DNA of 64,000 nucleotides from a virus, in the IMG/VR virus record IMGVR_UViG_3300017684_000001, positions 1-64,000 of that record. The stretch is one strand, 5' to 3'. Under the pieces are notes generated by a model that was not told the DNA's origin, did not search any database, and saw only the letters and a program-made list of their open reading frames with translations. This document shows, piece by piece, positions 18,550 to 27,918 of the stretch. Positions within the stretch are counted from its first letter, which is position 1. Each line of letters opens with the position of its first letter. The position numbers were made by a program, and so were the translations under genes.

Positions 18550-19593
18550 TTAGACTCCGAGCATCTGAGAGACGGCGACAGGGTAACGAATGATCGCGCC
18601 CCAGGTGCCGCTGGTCTTCTTCTGGCGGTAGGCCGACAGGTCCCGAACGATCTGGTGATCCCGGAGCTTCTCGACGAACGCACAGATCCCGGTCTTATTG
18701 CCCTGGAATCGATCCGCCCACAACTGAACGACGTTACCCGCAGAGGTCGCGTACCGGTACGATGTGACGATCTTCAGATTCGGGTAGTTTTCCTTCAGGA
18801 GCGCGTAGACGTTGATGCCGTAGACGTTGGTCGCGGTCAGAGCGACGCGCGCCTGGGGAGGCATCACGAGGGTCGCGGCGTCGCCTTCCTTGAACAGGCC
18901 GGCCGAACGGGTGACAATATCGAGGAGCAGAGCCTGGATATCGGCGTAGATCTCGTTCGCGGTCGCGACGATGGCGCCGTTGTTGATCCACTTCGAGCCG
19001 CCCGCGGCCTTGACCGACGGGACGAGCGCCGCGGGAAGCGACGGGTCGTTCAACAGGCCGTAGTTCATCAGGCCGGCGATACCGAAGTGGTAGGAATAGT
19101 CGAGGAACTTGTCGAGCGTCAGCGCGGCCGACGTCTGAAGTTCGCCGACCCAGTTGAGGCGGGCGAGGCCGGCCCGGTCGACCTGAAGGTCGCCGTACTC
19201 GACGATCGTCTGAAACAGGTAGCTCTGGCGGTTCGTCCAGGTGACGTTCGCGTCGGAGCGACCGTTCGTGTTGAAGTCGCCGTAGGGACCGACGAAGCCG
19301 GTATTCTCGACGACCATGAAGGTCGCGGTCTGGGTGGTCCAGTCGCCTTCCTTCTGCTCGCCGAGGATCTCGGCGCCAGCGTTCGGGGCCTGAAGGACAC
19401 GAATGACCTCCGGGTCGACGAAGGTCGAGAGCCAGAACGGGATACCCGAAGACGCGGTCGTCACGAGCGACGGCTGAGCGTCGGTCGCGAGTTCGAAATT
19501 GCGCTTCATTCCCGGCTCGATGAGCTGGGAATCGGCCCCGAGCATGATGCCCCAGGTCTCTTCGAGGGTGGGACGGATGAGTTCGAGCTTCAT
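18550..19593 (-). CDS. major capsid protein (DUF2184-like)
   Basis: 347 aa. Position after the protease/scaffold and decoration-position genes. Overall resemblance to DUF2184-type capsid proteins (from memory). Confidence 0.75.
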   Translation of the reverse strand: MKLELIRPTLEETWGIMLGADSQLIEPGMKRNFELATDAQPSLVTTASSGIPFWLSTFVDPEVIRVLQAPNAGAEILGEQKEGDWTTQTATFMVVENTGFVGPYGDFNTNGRSDANVTWTNRQSYLFQTIVEYGDLQVDRAGLARLNWVGELQTSAALTLDKFLDYSYHFGIAGLMNYGLLNDPSLPAALVPSVKAAGGSKWINNGAIVATANEIYADIQALLLDIVTRSAGLFKEGDAATLVMPPQARVALTATNVYGINVYALLKENYPNLKIVTSYRYATSAGNVVQLWADRFQGNKTGICAFVEKLRDHQIVRDLSAYRQKKTSGTWGAIIRYPVAVSQMLGV

Positions 19594-19616
19594 GACGGTT
19601 CTCTTTCCCTTCCGGA

Positions 19617-20129
19617 TCAGCCGATCGGCGTGTCGGACATGCCGACCAACTCACCGGGGAGACCGGTTCCGCCATTGATGAGAGAGACGCAGTACCACTT
19701 CGTCTCGGTCGAGCCGGCAACGGTGGCGCCCGCATTTGCGAACGAGATCGTTCCGTTCGTGTTGTTCGCGAACGCCTTCTGGCCGACGACCGCGGTCGTC
19801 GAACCGGCGTTCAGGACCTGGAAGTCGCCGCCGTTGAAGGCGCCGCCGACCCGCTGACCAGCGGGAATCGTCATGCCGAACTCGGCGAGGTAGGTCGTGA
19901 TATCCGCCGCCATCTCGCGGTGCATGAAGCACGACGGGGCGCCGGTTCCGGAGTTGTTGAGCAGGGTGCCGTCGGCATTCTGCCAAGCGAACAGGCCGAC
20001 GGTCAGACCGTTCGGGCCGGCCTGGAGCGTGCCGGCCGCGGCCGGCTTCGACGAACGCGGGTTCGCCGTGAGGAAATCGCCCGCGACGCCGGGCGCCTGA
20101 ACGAGGTTGACGGAACGCTGGAAGGTCAT
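19617..20129 (-). CDS. head decoration / cement-position protein
   Basis: 170 aa ORF between the scaffold/protease and capsid genes. Confidence 0.45.
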   Translation of the reverse strand: MTFQRSVNLVQAPGVAGDFLTANPRSSKPAAAGTLQAGPNGLTVGLFAWQNADGTLLNNSGTGAPSCFMHREMAADITTYLAEFGMTIPAGQRVGGAFNGGDFQVLNAGSTTAVVGQKAFANNTNGTISFANAGATVAGSTETKWYCVSLINGGTGLPGELVGMSDTPIG

Positions 20130-20144
20130 AACGGTGCGGCCCCC

Positions 20145-21614
20145 TTAAGCCGAGATACGGTTCATGTTCGGGAACAGAGCCGAGACCTCGGAGGTCGCGG
20201 CGGCGTCCATGGCGACCCGCTTCGGGGCCGGCTTGGCGTCGCTCGGCTTCGTCTTCATCTCGATCAGGGTCTTCAGCGCCGAAGCGTGAACGCCGCGATG
20301 CGGGATCTTCAGGACATCGCAGGCACCGCGATAAACGTCCTCGGCCGAATCCATCGCCGGGAGGTTGCCGGCGAACGGGCGGACGAACGCCTCGGCCTCG
20401 CGCAGCGCCTTCGCGTTCTCGCGCTCCTCGGCGCGGGCGGTCGCGATCGCAGAATCGAGGGCGGGCTTCGTGACGAGATTGGCGGGGAGCTTCGGAGCGA
20501 CGGTCTTCGCCGGAACGACGATCGCGGCATCCTTGCCGAGTCCGAGACCCTTGGTCAGGTTCTTCGCGCCGGTCGCGACGTCCTGGGCCGGGGGCATCGG
20601 ATTCTCGTCCGGACCGTCGAGCATCTCCTTCACCTTCGCCATGTCTTCCTCGGACAGCTTGCCGTCGAGGAAGGAAATCAGTTCGGCGTTGGTGGCATCG
20701 TCCTCGGCGCCGGGCTCGCCCTCGGGCGCATCGCCCTTCGCGTCGTCGACGGCGTCGGAGAGATTCTCGACCGCAACCTCGATCTGATCGACGAGCGACT
20801 CGACGTCGGCCATATCCTCATCCTTCGCGAGGCCGTGAAGGCTGCCCTTCATGCCGAGAACGAGGAGCGGCTTGCGGCCAGCGAAGTTCTTCTTCGTCAG
20901 ACCCTCGAAGATCGGGGCGACGTCGATTGAGGCATCGGTCGCGATCTTCGTGCGAGCGAACTGGGAGGCGAAGCCCTGCGCGAGGGCGGAAACGACGGTC
21001 GGCTTCTTCATGATCTTGATCTCGATCCTATGCGAGGGGCCGGCGATCGCCGAATCCGCTACAACTACGTCGGGACCCGCCCGACCCTTCTTAACGAGCG
21101 AGACGTGATTGCAGCGTATATTACGCATCACGCCGTCGTAAGCTACACCCTCGAATTCTCCGGGGGTCATGTCGGCGTCGTATCGGTAAGCCGACGAGAT
21201 CTCTTTCTGACTTCCGTCGTCGATCTTCTTGATCGCCGGGCCGGACCAGCAGGCGAGATCGGCAAACAAGTACGGATGCTCGAACTCGGGATTCGATAAC
21301 CCGCCGACGGTCCGGTCGTGGTCGTGAGCGTCAGCCGTCACCGGGTTGTGGTCGAAGAGCAGCGGCTTGTTGTTGAAGGTCGAGGCCGCCTTCTTCAGTT
21401 CTTCTGGATCGCGAAGAAGCTTGTAGCGGCGGTTCGGTTCGAGGCCAAGTTCTTTGCCGCGCGGGATCTCCGAACCGAGATACTCGTTCACCGCAGCTTT
21501 CGAGATCGGCGTCCGCTTGACATGCAAATGGCCGTCGTCATCGTAGGACCGCGCCGAGCCGGCGAAGTCGAGGGCGATACGATCCTGATCCTTGACGCGG
21601 AAGATTTCGGTCAT
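20145..21614 (-). CDS. prohead protease/scaffold protein, DUF2213-like
   Basis: 489 aa. N-terminal region (KPLLFDHNPV...ISSAYRYDADMTPGEFEG...CNHVSLVKKGRAG) recalls DUF2213. The C-terminal half is acidic/Ala-rich and scaffold-like. Confidence 0.6.
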   Translation of the reverse strand: MTEIFRVKDQDRIALDFAGSARSYDDDGHLHVKRTPISKAAVNEYLGSEIPRGKELGLEPNRRYKLLRDPEELKKAASTFNNKPLLFDHNPVTADAHDHDRTVGGLSNPEFEHPYLFADLACWSGPAIKKIDDGSQKEISSAYRYDADMTPGEFEGVAYDGVMRNIRCNHVSLVKKGRAGPDVVVADSAIAGPSHRIEIKIMKKPTVVSALAQGFASQFARTKIATDASIDVAPIFEGLTKKNFAGRKPLLVLGMKGSLHGLAKDEDMADVESLVDQIEVAVENLSDAVDDAKGDAPEGEPGAEDDATNAELISFLDGKLSEEDMAKVKEMLDGPDENPMPPAQDVATGAKNLTKGLGLGKDAAIVVPAKTVAPKLPANLVTKPALDSAIATARAEERENAKALREAEAFVRPFAGNLPAMDSAEDVYRGACDVLKIPHRGVHASALKTLIEMKTKPSDAKPAPKRVAMDAAATSEVSALFPNMNRISA

Positions 21615-21705
21615 CGTGATTGGGAATTAACCTATTGACGGGAGGGCCGTCTAGGGAGTTGTCCGGAGGCCGATTTCTTTCGGATCAAAAAAAACGGCTT
21701 CGTTC

Positions 21706-21771
21706 GAAAAAGAAGCTTTTCTTTTCCGTCGGGATGTGGCTATATCTCTGGGCGGCCGGGAGACCGCACCC
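21706..21771 (+). promoter_or_regulatory. early-type promoter cassette 1
   Basis: GAAAAAGAA A-tract. GCTTTTCTTTT box at 21715-21725. CTATAT at 21740-21745. Hairpin GGGCGG-CCGGGAGA-CCGCaCCC at 21750-21771. Same architecture at four other plus-strand sites. Confidence 0.55.
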
Positions 21772-21796
21772 TTCCTCTCTCCCCTCGGAGGCTTCA

Positions 21797-22072
21797 ATGC
21801 CCTTCTCCATTCCCACCCTCGGCACTCCGGCCCGCGAGGCCCTCGGCGCCGACCTCTCGGCGGTCGCCGAAATCCTCAACCCGGCGAACGCCGCTCGCCT
21901 GCCCGTCCGCTTCGAGGCGAAGCGCAACGCGCGCCGATTCTTCAAGGCCAATCCGGCCGCGAAGGCGATCTTCGTCATCGTCATGAATTCGTCGAACGAC
22001 GAGCGCCATCTCGTGAAGATCGGCCCGCGTGGCGGGTGCACAAAAGTTTGGAATTTCGGCGACGGGCAATAA
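21797..22072 (+). CDS. moron-like small protein, opposite strand to the late genes
   Basis: Part of ORF 21620..22072. ATG 21797 (MPFSIPTLG) with GGAG 6 nt upstream. Own promoter cassette and own terminator. Confidence 0.55.
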   Translation: MPFSIPTLGTPAREALGADLSAVAEILNPANAARLPVRFEAKRNARRFFKANPAAKAIFVIVMNSSNDERHLVKIGPRGGCTKVWNFGDGQ

Positions 22073-22079
22073 GCGCCCA

Positions 22080-22108
22080 GACCTCAACAGAGGCCCTCCG
22101 GGGCCTCT
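22080..22108 (+). terminator. rho-independent terminator
   Basis: AGAGGCCC-TCCG-GGGCCTCT followed by a run of about 9 T. Confidence 0.75.
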
Positions 22109-22127
22109 TTTTTTTATGAATAACGCC

Positions 22128-22940
22128 TCAGTCTTTTATAATCGGATCTGCCGTGCAACGGCAGTTCCAAATTCCTCCAGGCAAAGCTCTATGACCCGGA
22201 TCGCATTCCGGCGGGTCATCCCAGCGAAAAACCTTTCCATCTAGCTTTCGATGCGACGGCCTGACGTCGGAATCCTTTGCCGTACGCCAAACGAAGTGCG
22301 TAGAACCAACGTGCATCGCCCGCGCCTTGGTGAACTCGGTGGCCGTCCGGCTGACCTCCGTGCGTGCGATCAGTGTCGCGCGCGCCTTCGAGACGTCGCC
22401 AGTCTTCAAGATTTCCTTGGCGATCTCGTCGTACCGCTTACCCTTCGCGATTCCGTCGATCGTCAGTTTGTGGACTCGCTCGGCGGCATCGCGCGGGATC
22501 GATGTGATCAGGTCGACCTGGCGCGCAAGCGCATCTTGGGTCGCGCGGCCGGTCGGGGCGTCCGAGATCTCCCGGGCCAGTGGCCTGCCGATCTCCCCGG
22601 CGATCTTGCGCCAACCGGTCCGGTCCGCGGCGCCGACCTCGGCGATCATACGCTCTGAGACCTTGCGCGCCCAGGGTCGGAGAATCTCGGCATATCGACG
22701 AAGCGCGTTTCCGAGCATCGGCGCGACTTCGGGCGGATTCGAGAGGTCGAAGCCCGAGACGATATGCGCGATCGTCCGCGCGATGCCCCGGAGGCGCTGA
22801 GCGTACTGAAGTTCGAGCCGACGTGCGCGTTTCAGGGCCGAGCGGGGCGAGATCGAAGCGCGATCCTGAGCGATTCGCGGGCGCGGAACCCGCTTCGTCC
22901 GGGCGCGGGCGTAGACGGCCTTCGGATCATGATACGTCAC
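22128..22940 (-). CDS. head morphogenesis protein (SPP1 gp7 / Mu F family)
   Basis: 270 aa after the portal gene. C-terminal ...RTAKDSDVRPSHRKLDGKVFRWDDP...WNCRC is typical of the family. Confidence 0.75.
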   Translation of the reverse strand: MTYHDPKAVYARARTKRVPRPRIAQDRASISPRSALKRARRLELQYAQRLRGIARTIAHIVSGFDLSNPPEVAPMLGNALRRYAEILRPWARKVSERMIAEVGAADRTGWRKIAGEIGRPLAREISDAPTGRATQDALARQVDLITSIPRDAAERVHKLTIDGIAKGKRYDEIAKEILKTGDVSKARATLIARTEVSRTATEFTKARAMHVGSTHFVWRTAKDSDVRPSHRKLDGKVFRWDDPPECDPGHRALPGGIWNCRCTADPIIKD

Positions 22941-24589
22941 GCGGCGACCCGCTCCTGTTCGTCCTCGCGATCCTGGGCGTCTTCATCGCGCTCGTCTTCC
23001 GGCAGCGGCGGCAGGTTCTCCCCGTCCGCCTCTTCATTCTCGTCGGCCGGCGGCGCGATCTCGATCGTCAGGTCGAGACCCGGATACAGCGATCCCTCAT
23101 CGCCTGCGAGCCGGGCGCGCTCCTCGTCTGGCAGGATGACGCCGCCGTCAATGTAGGTCGTCGCGGTCTCGGCATCCAACTTCCGGATCTCGGCCGCCTC
23201 CTTCTCGCTCGGGGTCCAGAGCGGCTCGAACACGAATCCGATCTCTGGATAAACCTCGCCGAAGAGATCGAGTTGGATCACGCCGAGAACGACTTCGAGG
23301 TTTGGCCGAAAGAACCGCTCCTGGTACGCGAGGACGGTGTCGTAGAAGGTTCGAACCTCGCCGTCGGACGACGCATTGAGGCCCGACGGCGTCACGCCGA
23401 GGAGCTTCACGAGCGGGATCCCGCAGATCGAGGCCATCTGACCCTGAACCTGATCCTGAAGCTCGGCGAGCCCAGAGAGCGGGGTCGAGACGTTGAAGAA
23501 CTCTTCCGCCGGGGTCTCGCCGCCGCCCTTGTCCAGAACCATGCAGTTCCGGTTATCCCGGAGCGCGACGAACGCGTCGATCCGGGCCGAGAGCAGCGCG
23601 CCGCCCTCTTCCGTCAGAGCATCGGTCAGGTTCGTCGTGAAGCCCGACACCGAGAACGACTTGATCAGGTCTGAGATCGAACGCCGGGTCCTGATCCAGT
23701 TGTCGACGTACGGCTTCACCATTTGCGACATCGACAGGCCGCCGAACGCATACAGCGGCTTGAACAGGTCCGGGACCGGCCGGCCGACGAAGGTCAGCAG
23801 CCGCGTCGAGTGGATCGCCGTCCCCATCGAGAGCCAGGACTGCGGGTTGTACCAGTTCGGCGCGAGTGGGTTCGTCGTGTTGTAGTCGCCGCCGCGCGGG
23901 TAGGTCCAAACCGGCTCGACCGTCCGGAAGCCTTGAAGCTTCCCCTTCTCGACCTTCAGCTTCGACGTGGAATCGCGACCGTTTCCAAGCGGGGTCTTGA
24001 GTTCCTCGACGTCATCGGTGCAGCCGGTATCGATATAGAGGTGAGCCCGACCGAAGAACGAATCCTGCTCCGAGAGCTTCCGGAAGATGTCGCGGACGCA
24101 ATGCTTCTTCAACGCGTCCTCGATCAGCTTGATCTCGTTCGACCGATCGATATCTCCGGTCGTCGTGATCTTGATCCAGTGGCGCGTAGCCTCCTGCGCG
24201 AAGACCTCCGCGATCCGGCGGTACTCAGGCCGCTGCGCGAGTTCGGCGAGCGATGGGAAGCCGAGGAACGCCTCGAACTCCAAGTCTTCGCCGTAGCACT
24301 CCTCGGCCCAATCGAGCGCGACTTTGATCTCGGCGTCCTGCGCGATACCGTCGCTCTCGGGGACGACGCCAGGCGGCATGCTCGGGACGACGAATCGCTC
24401 GCGCCCCTCGGGCTTCTTCTCGCCGCCACGCGCCCAAGACGCGATCGAGCGCCAGAGATGAGCGAGCATCGGTCGGCCGGCCGGTCGCGGTGCTTGGACC
24501 GTACCAGCGGAGACAGCCTCGGCGCGAATTTCGGCTGAGCGTTCGGCCTTCTGGATTCGCGCGCTGCGACGTTCGCGGGACGTGGTCAT
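22937..24589 (-). CDS. portal protein (DUF1073-like)
   Basis: 550 aa directly after the large terminase gene. Acidic C-terminus. Confidence 0.75.
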   Translation of the reverse strand: MTTSRERRSARIQKAERSAEIRAEAVSAGTVQAPRPAGRPMLAHLWRSIASWARGGEKKPEGRERFVVPSMPPGVVPESDGIAQDAEIKVALDWAEECYGEDLEFEAFLGFPSLAELAQRPEYRRIAEVFAQEATRHWIKITTTGDIDRSNEIKLIEDALKKHCVRDIFRKLSEQDSFFGRAHLYIDTGCTDDVEELKTPLGNGRDSTSKLKVEKGKLQGFRTVEPVWTYPRGGDYNTTNPLAPNWYNPQSWLSMGTAIHSTRLLTFVGRPVPDLFKPLYAFGGLSMSQMVKPYVDNWIRTRRSISDLIKSFSVSGFTTNLTDALTEEGGALLSARIDAFVALRDNRNCMVLDKGGGETPAEEFFNVSTPLSGLAELQDQVQGQMASICGIPLVKLLGVTPSGLNASSDGEVRTFYDTVLAYQERFFRPNLEVVLGVIQLDLFGEVYPEIGFVFEPLWTPSEKEAAEIRKLDAETATTYIDGGVILPDEERARLAGDEGSLYPGLDLTIEIAPPADENEEADGENLPPLPEDERDEDAQDREDEQERVAA

Positions 24590-25986
24590 CGGCGGCGAAT
24601 CCCTACCATCCCGCGAGCGGGCTTCTTCGGCGCGAGGCGCTGGATCAGTTCGGGCGTGAACTTGATCTCACGCGGCTGCTCATCGAGCATCAACTCCGTC
24701 AACGCCCAGACGAGCGCATCGACGCGGTTCGGGGATCCCTCGCCCGTGAACCCGTCGCGCGTCATCTGACACATCTCGTCTTCGAGTTCGTCGAACGGCT
24801 GAACGTGGGTGACGCGCCCTTGCTCGTACAAGGCCGAGACCGGCTCCGCACGAACGACCTTACCCCGAGAGGCGTGGACCTCGGAATAGGGAACCTTCGC
24901 GTCAGCGGTCCTGATCGTGCTCTCGACCATCGCCCCGCCGTAGTTCGTCTCGGCGACGATCCGATCGGCCTCGAATGCCCGGTACGCATCGACTGCCCGA
25001 CGCGCCCATCCATTCGGGGAGAGCTTACAGGTCCGGTCCGAGAGCACGTACGCGCGCCCATCGATGCCCTTCCCGGCCACGACGATGCCGATCGCGTCGC
25101 CGTCGTCCTGGTCTTCGCCACGCGTGCCCGAGGGGTCGACCGCGACGACGACCCGCTTCATGTCGGGGATCGTCCGCTTCGCGTTCGCCTTCTCGATCAT
25201 CTCCCGATCCCAGAGCGCACCGGGGGTGTCTTCGAGGACGATCGCGTCGAGTTCCTGTTTGCCGAGCCGGGTCCCGGCGTAGCGCTTCTTCAGCTTGTCG
25301 AGAAATTGCTTCGGGAGGTTGCCGGCGTTGTCGAAGGTCGATCCGCGCGTGACCTCCGTCGTCGGATCCTTGATGATCTCTTTCAGGACCGGGATCGGAC
25401 GCGGCGTCGTGGTCACGAACACGCGAGGATCGGGACCCGAGCGCATGGTGAACATGAGCATGTCCCAAAGCTCACGAGCGTAGCGATACTTCGCCAACTC
25501 ATCGACCCAGGCGGTATCGAACTCGGGTCCGCGAAGCTGATTCGGTTCGGTGCCGTTATAGCCGTACGCGATCGCCCCATTCGGCCACATCAGACGGACC
25601 GGCTTGTACCGAACGGCCGGCGCTTCGTCAGGCGGATAGATCGAGACGAGGCGCTTCACCATCACCTCTTCGAGATCCTTCTGAGTCTCGGCGACGAGCG
25701 CGATCATTCGGGCGCCGTTCTCGACCCGTTGGCGGATCCACTGCGCCCCGGCCTCGGTCTTTCCGAATCCGCGTCCGGCGAGTGCGAGCCATGTCATCCA
25801 GTCGCCGCGCTCGTCGTCCTGATCGCGGACCGGGGCGAGTTGATTCGGGCGAGCCCAGAACTTCCAGTCATGGAGGAGTTCGGCCGCCTGATCCTTCGTC
25901 AGGGATCCGAGGAGTTGCGCTCGATCCTCAGGGGAGAGCGCGGCGACGTTCTGAGCGAGGGATCGATTCGAGATCGGGGCGCCCAT
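24586..25986 (-). CDS. terL: terminase large subunit
   Basis: 466 aa. Walker A-like LAGRGFGKTEAG. Nuclease-half acidic motifs. Position before the portal gene. Confidence 0.9.
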   Translation of the reverse strand: MGAPISNRSLAQNVAALSPEDRAQLLGSLTKDQAAELLHDWKFWARPNQLAPVRDQDDERGDWMTWLALAGRGFGKTEAGAQWIRQRVENGARMIALVAETQKDLEEVMVKRLVSIYPPDEAPAVRYKPVRLMWPNGAIAYGYNGTEPNQLRGPEFDTAWVDELAKYRYARELWDMLMFTMRSGPDPRVFVTTTPRPIPVLKEIIKDPTTEVTRGSTFDNAGNLPKQFLDKLKKRYAGTRLGKQELDAIVLEDTPGALWDREMIEKANAKRTIPDMKRVVVAVDPSGTRGEDQDDGDAIGIVVAGKGIDGRAYVLSDRTCKLSPNGWARRAVDAYRAFEADRIVAETNYGGAMVESTIRTADAKVPYSEVHASRGKVVRAEPVSALYEQGRVTHVQPFDELEDEMCQMTRDGFTGEGSPNRVDALVWALTELMLDEQPREIKFTPELIQRLAPKKPARGMVGIRRR

Positions 25987-26433
25987 CTAGGCGTCCCCGT
26001 CTTCGTCCTCGGTCTCTTCCGGCTCAGGCGCCGGGGCGAGGCGTGCCAGCCGCGCGGTGAGAAGCTCGCGCGCGCTCGTGGTCTTCATCTCGATCGGAGC
26101 GCCGCCCGGACCAGAGACTTCCTGTTTCGTGAGATCGGACCACTCGCCCTGGCCGGTGTTGCGAAGGCCGAAGGTGATCATCGTCGCGCGTGATCCAGCG
26201 CCGCCGTTCGCGGCGACGTCGAGGGCGGCCTTCTCCCAATGCAGAAGGCGTTTGGCCTGCGCACGGTCGATCGCGGCCCGGAAATCGGGGTACGTTTTCG
26301 CCCAGTGCGAGATCGACGCCTTGGAGACGCCGATGATCCCGGCGACCGCCGTGAACGAGAAACCCTCCCCCATCTTCTCTTCGATGAGGTCGCAATATTC
26401 CGGGCGATAGAGAAGGGTGTTGCCGCCGGCCAC
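25987..26433 (-). CDS. terS: terminase small subunit (HTH)
   Basis: 148 aa. N-terminal HTH (FTAVAGIIGVSKASISHWAK), acidic tail, abuts terL. Confidence 0.6.
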   Translation of the reverse strand: MAGGNTLLYRPEYCDLIEEKMGEGFSFTAVAGIIGVSKASISHWAKTYPDFRAAIDRAQAKRLLHWEKAALDVAANGGAGSRATMITFGLRNTGQGEWSDLTKQEVSGPGGAPIEMKTTSARELLTARLARLAPAPEPEETEDEDGDA

Positions 26434-26434
26434 G

Positions 26435-26647
26435 TTATGCGGCCTTCTCGACAGCGACGGCCGCGCTCAGCGCCGAGTTCTGATCGGCGAGAACGTTGAG
26501 TCGGTCTTCGACTGCGGACAGGCCGCCGAGGAACTTCGCCGGGAGACCGGCACGACGGAGCTTGATCATCTCGGCATGGATCTCGCCGACCGTCTTCGCG
26601 ATATCGAGGGCGAGATCGGCGGCGGTCTTCTCGGGCGCGTCGGACAT
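26435..26647 (-). CDS. hypothetical protein
   Basis: 70 aa ORF, 1 nt upstream of terS. Confidence 0.45.
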   Translation of the reverse strand: MSDAPEKTAADLALDIAKTVGEIHAEMIKLRRAGLPAKFLGGLSAVEDRLNVLADQNSALSAAVAVEKAA

Positions 26648-26691
26648 TTGGCAGGGCTCCGGGGTCGGTGGTCGTCGAATTGAGACGTTCG

Positions 26692-26721
26692 ATATAGGCC
26701 GAAACGCGCGAGAGCGAAAGC
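26692..26721 (-). promoter_or_regulatory. candidate promoter upstream of the packaging genes
   Basis: Minus strand reads GCTTTCG-N17-CTATAT in the 78 nt gap. Weak resemblance to the early box geometry. Speculative. Confidence 0.25.
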
Positions 26722-26725
26722 GGCC

Positions 26726-26974
26726 CTAATCGTCGTGCGCTGGCGGCGCCTTCGGGACGACTTTCTTCGGGACGGCGTCGTACAGGAGGCTCGCGATCCG
26801 TGAGGCGTCGGCGAGGAGCCGTACCGCGTCCTCGTCGTACCGATTTTGCGCGACGCGAGTTCCGAGATCGCCGGCCGCACGGCAAACCGCCTTGAACAGG
26901 AGTTCGGCTTGGGCGCCCGAGAGCATCTCGCCGCCGATCGAGACGACCTTCAGCGGTGCAGGCTCGTCCGCCAT
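26726..26974 (-). CDS. hypothetical protein
   Basis: ORF track 26726..27130. ATG 26974 (MADEPAPLK) has GGAGGGG upstream and lies 1 nt after the upstream stop. Confidence 0.45.
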   Translation of the reverse strand: MADEPAPLKVVSIGGEMLSGAQAELLFKAVCRAAGDLGTRVAQNRYDEDAVRLLADASRIASLLYDAVPKKVVPKAPPAHDD

Positions 26975-26975
26975 A

Positions 26976-27206
26976 TCACACCCCTCCGCTTGCGATTCGA
27001 TCGAGCGCCTCAGCGAGATCGTCGGCGCGCTTCTTCTCGGCGTTGATCGCCTTGAGGATATCTTGTTCAAGAAGGAATCGAGCATGATCGCGCGAGTTCC
27101 GGGCGGACGCACTTTTCGGAAGCATGGCAACGTCGCGCTCGAACGTGAGAAGTGCCGACAGCCGCGCTGAAACGATCTCGGGAAGTTGATTCTTCTTCGT
27201 AGCCAT
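26976..27206 (-). CDS. hypothetical protein
   Basis: ORF track 26976..27431. ATG 27206 (MATKKNQ) forms an ATGA overlap with the upstream ORF. The upstream part of the ORF is an Arg-rich artefact. Confidence 0.45.
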   Translation of the reverse strand: MATKKNQLPEIVSARLSALLTFERDVAMLPKSASARNSRDHARFLLEQDILKAINAEKKRADDLAEALDRIASGGV

Positions 27207-27397
27207 CACGAACCCCCGAGCAAAAACACCAGGATCGTCCCGATCAGGGCGAGGACCGCGATCCCGATTCCGAGTATGACGAAGATCGCGCCGCCGACGG
27301 CGACGTCTGGGGAGACGTCGGTCCGATCCATCTCGCGGACACCGATCAAGGCGAAGAACGCAGCGACGCCGAAGGCGACGAGGATGAGGATCTTCAC
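27206..27397 (-). CDS. small membrane protein, two predicted TM helices
   Basis: 63 aa. MKILILVAFGVAAFFALIGV ... GGAIFVILGIGIAVLALIGTILVFLL. Confidence 0.5.
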   Translation of the reverse strand: MKILILVAFGVAAFFALIGVREMDRTDVSPDVAVGGAIFVILGIGIAVLALIGTILVFLLGGS

Positions 27398-27918
27398 TTC
27401 TGCGGATCCTTCTTCGCGACGAACGCGGCATGGTTCGCGCGCAACTGCGCCTTGAACTCGGGCTCGGAAAGGATCGCCGGCTTTACAGCGGGAGCGAACG
27501 CCGCCGTAAAGAGGTCGAGGGGCGGACGGAGCCTGGGGAAGGTCGAGTGAAAGAGATTCCCTGCGAGAGCGGCGATCTGCTCAGGTGTCACGCCGACGAC
27601 GCCGCTTCGATTGATCGCCTTCTGAATGGCCCTCGCGAAGTCGTCGACCGTAATGGTCGCCGGGATCAAGACGTTGAACCGAGGCGAGCGACGCGCCTTT
27701 CGATCCTCTTCGGAAAGCGGCGCGGCCTCGATCTTGATCGCCTCATCGGACGCTGACGATAATTCCATCCCGCCGAACGAGAGCGAGACATCATCGAACG
27801 TGTACGGCCGCGCATTCTCGATGGCGACCGTCGCGGGTGCGGTAACCTCGGGTTCCGGCGCGACGGCCTTAGCCTCCCCGAGACGCAGGACCGGGCCGGT
27901 ATCGAACAGGCCTCTCAT
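27394..27918 (-). CDS. hypothetical protein
   Basis: 174 aa ORF with overlapping stop/start on both sides. Confidence 0.5.
   Translation of the reverse strand: MRGLFDTGPVLRLGEAKAVAPEPEVTAPATVAIENARPYTFDDVSLSFGGMELSSASDEAIKIEAAPLSEEDRKARRSPRFNVLIPATITVDDFARAIQKAINRSGVVGVTPEQIAALAGNLFHSTFPRLRPPLDLFTAAFAPAVKPAILSEPEFKAQLRANHAAFVAKKDPQK

Noticed and set aside
21734-21736. ATG at a fixed offset (8-10 nt) after the GCTTTTCTTTT box in cassettes 1-3, suggesting a leaderless or upstream mini-ORF.
   Set aside because: The triplet is TGG in cassette 4 and ATA in cassette 5. The frames opened are unrelated in length and sequence. It is more likely part of the promoter spacer consensus (AATG).
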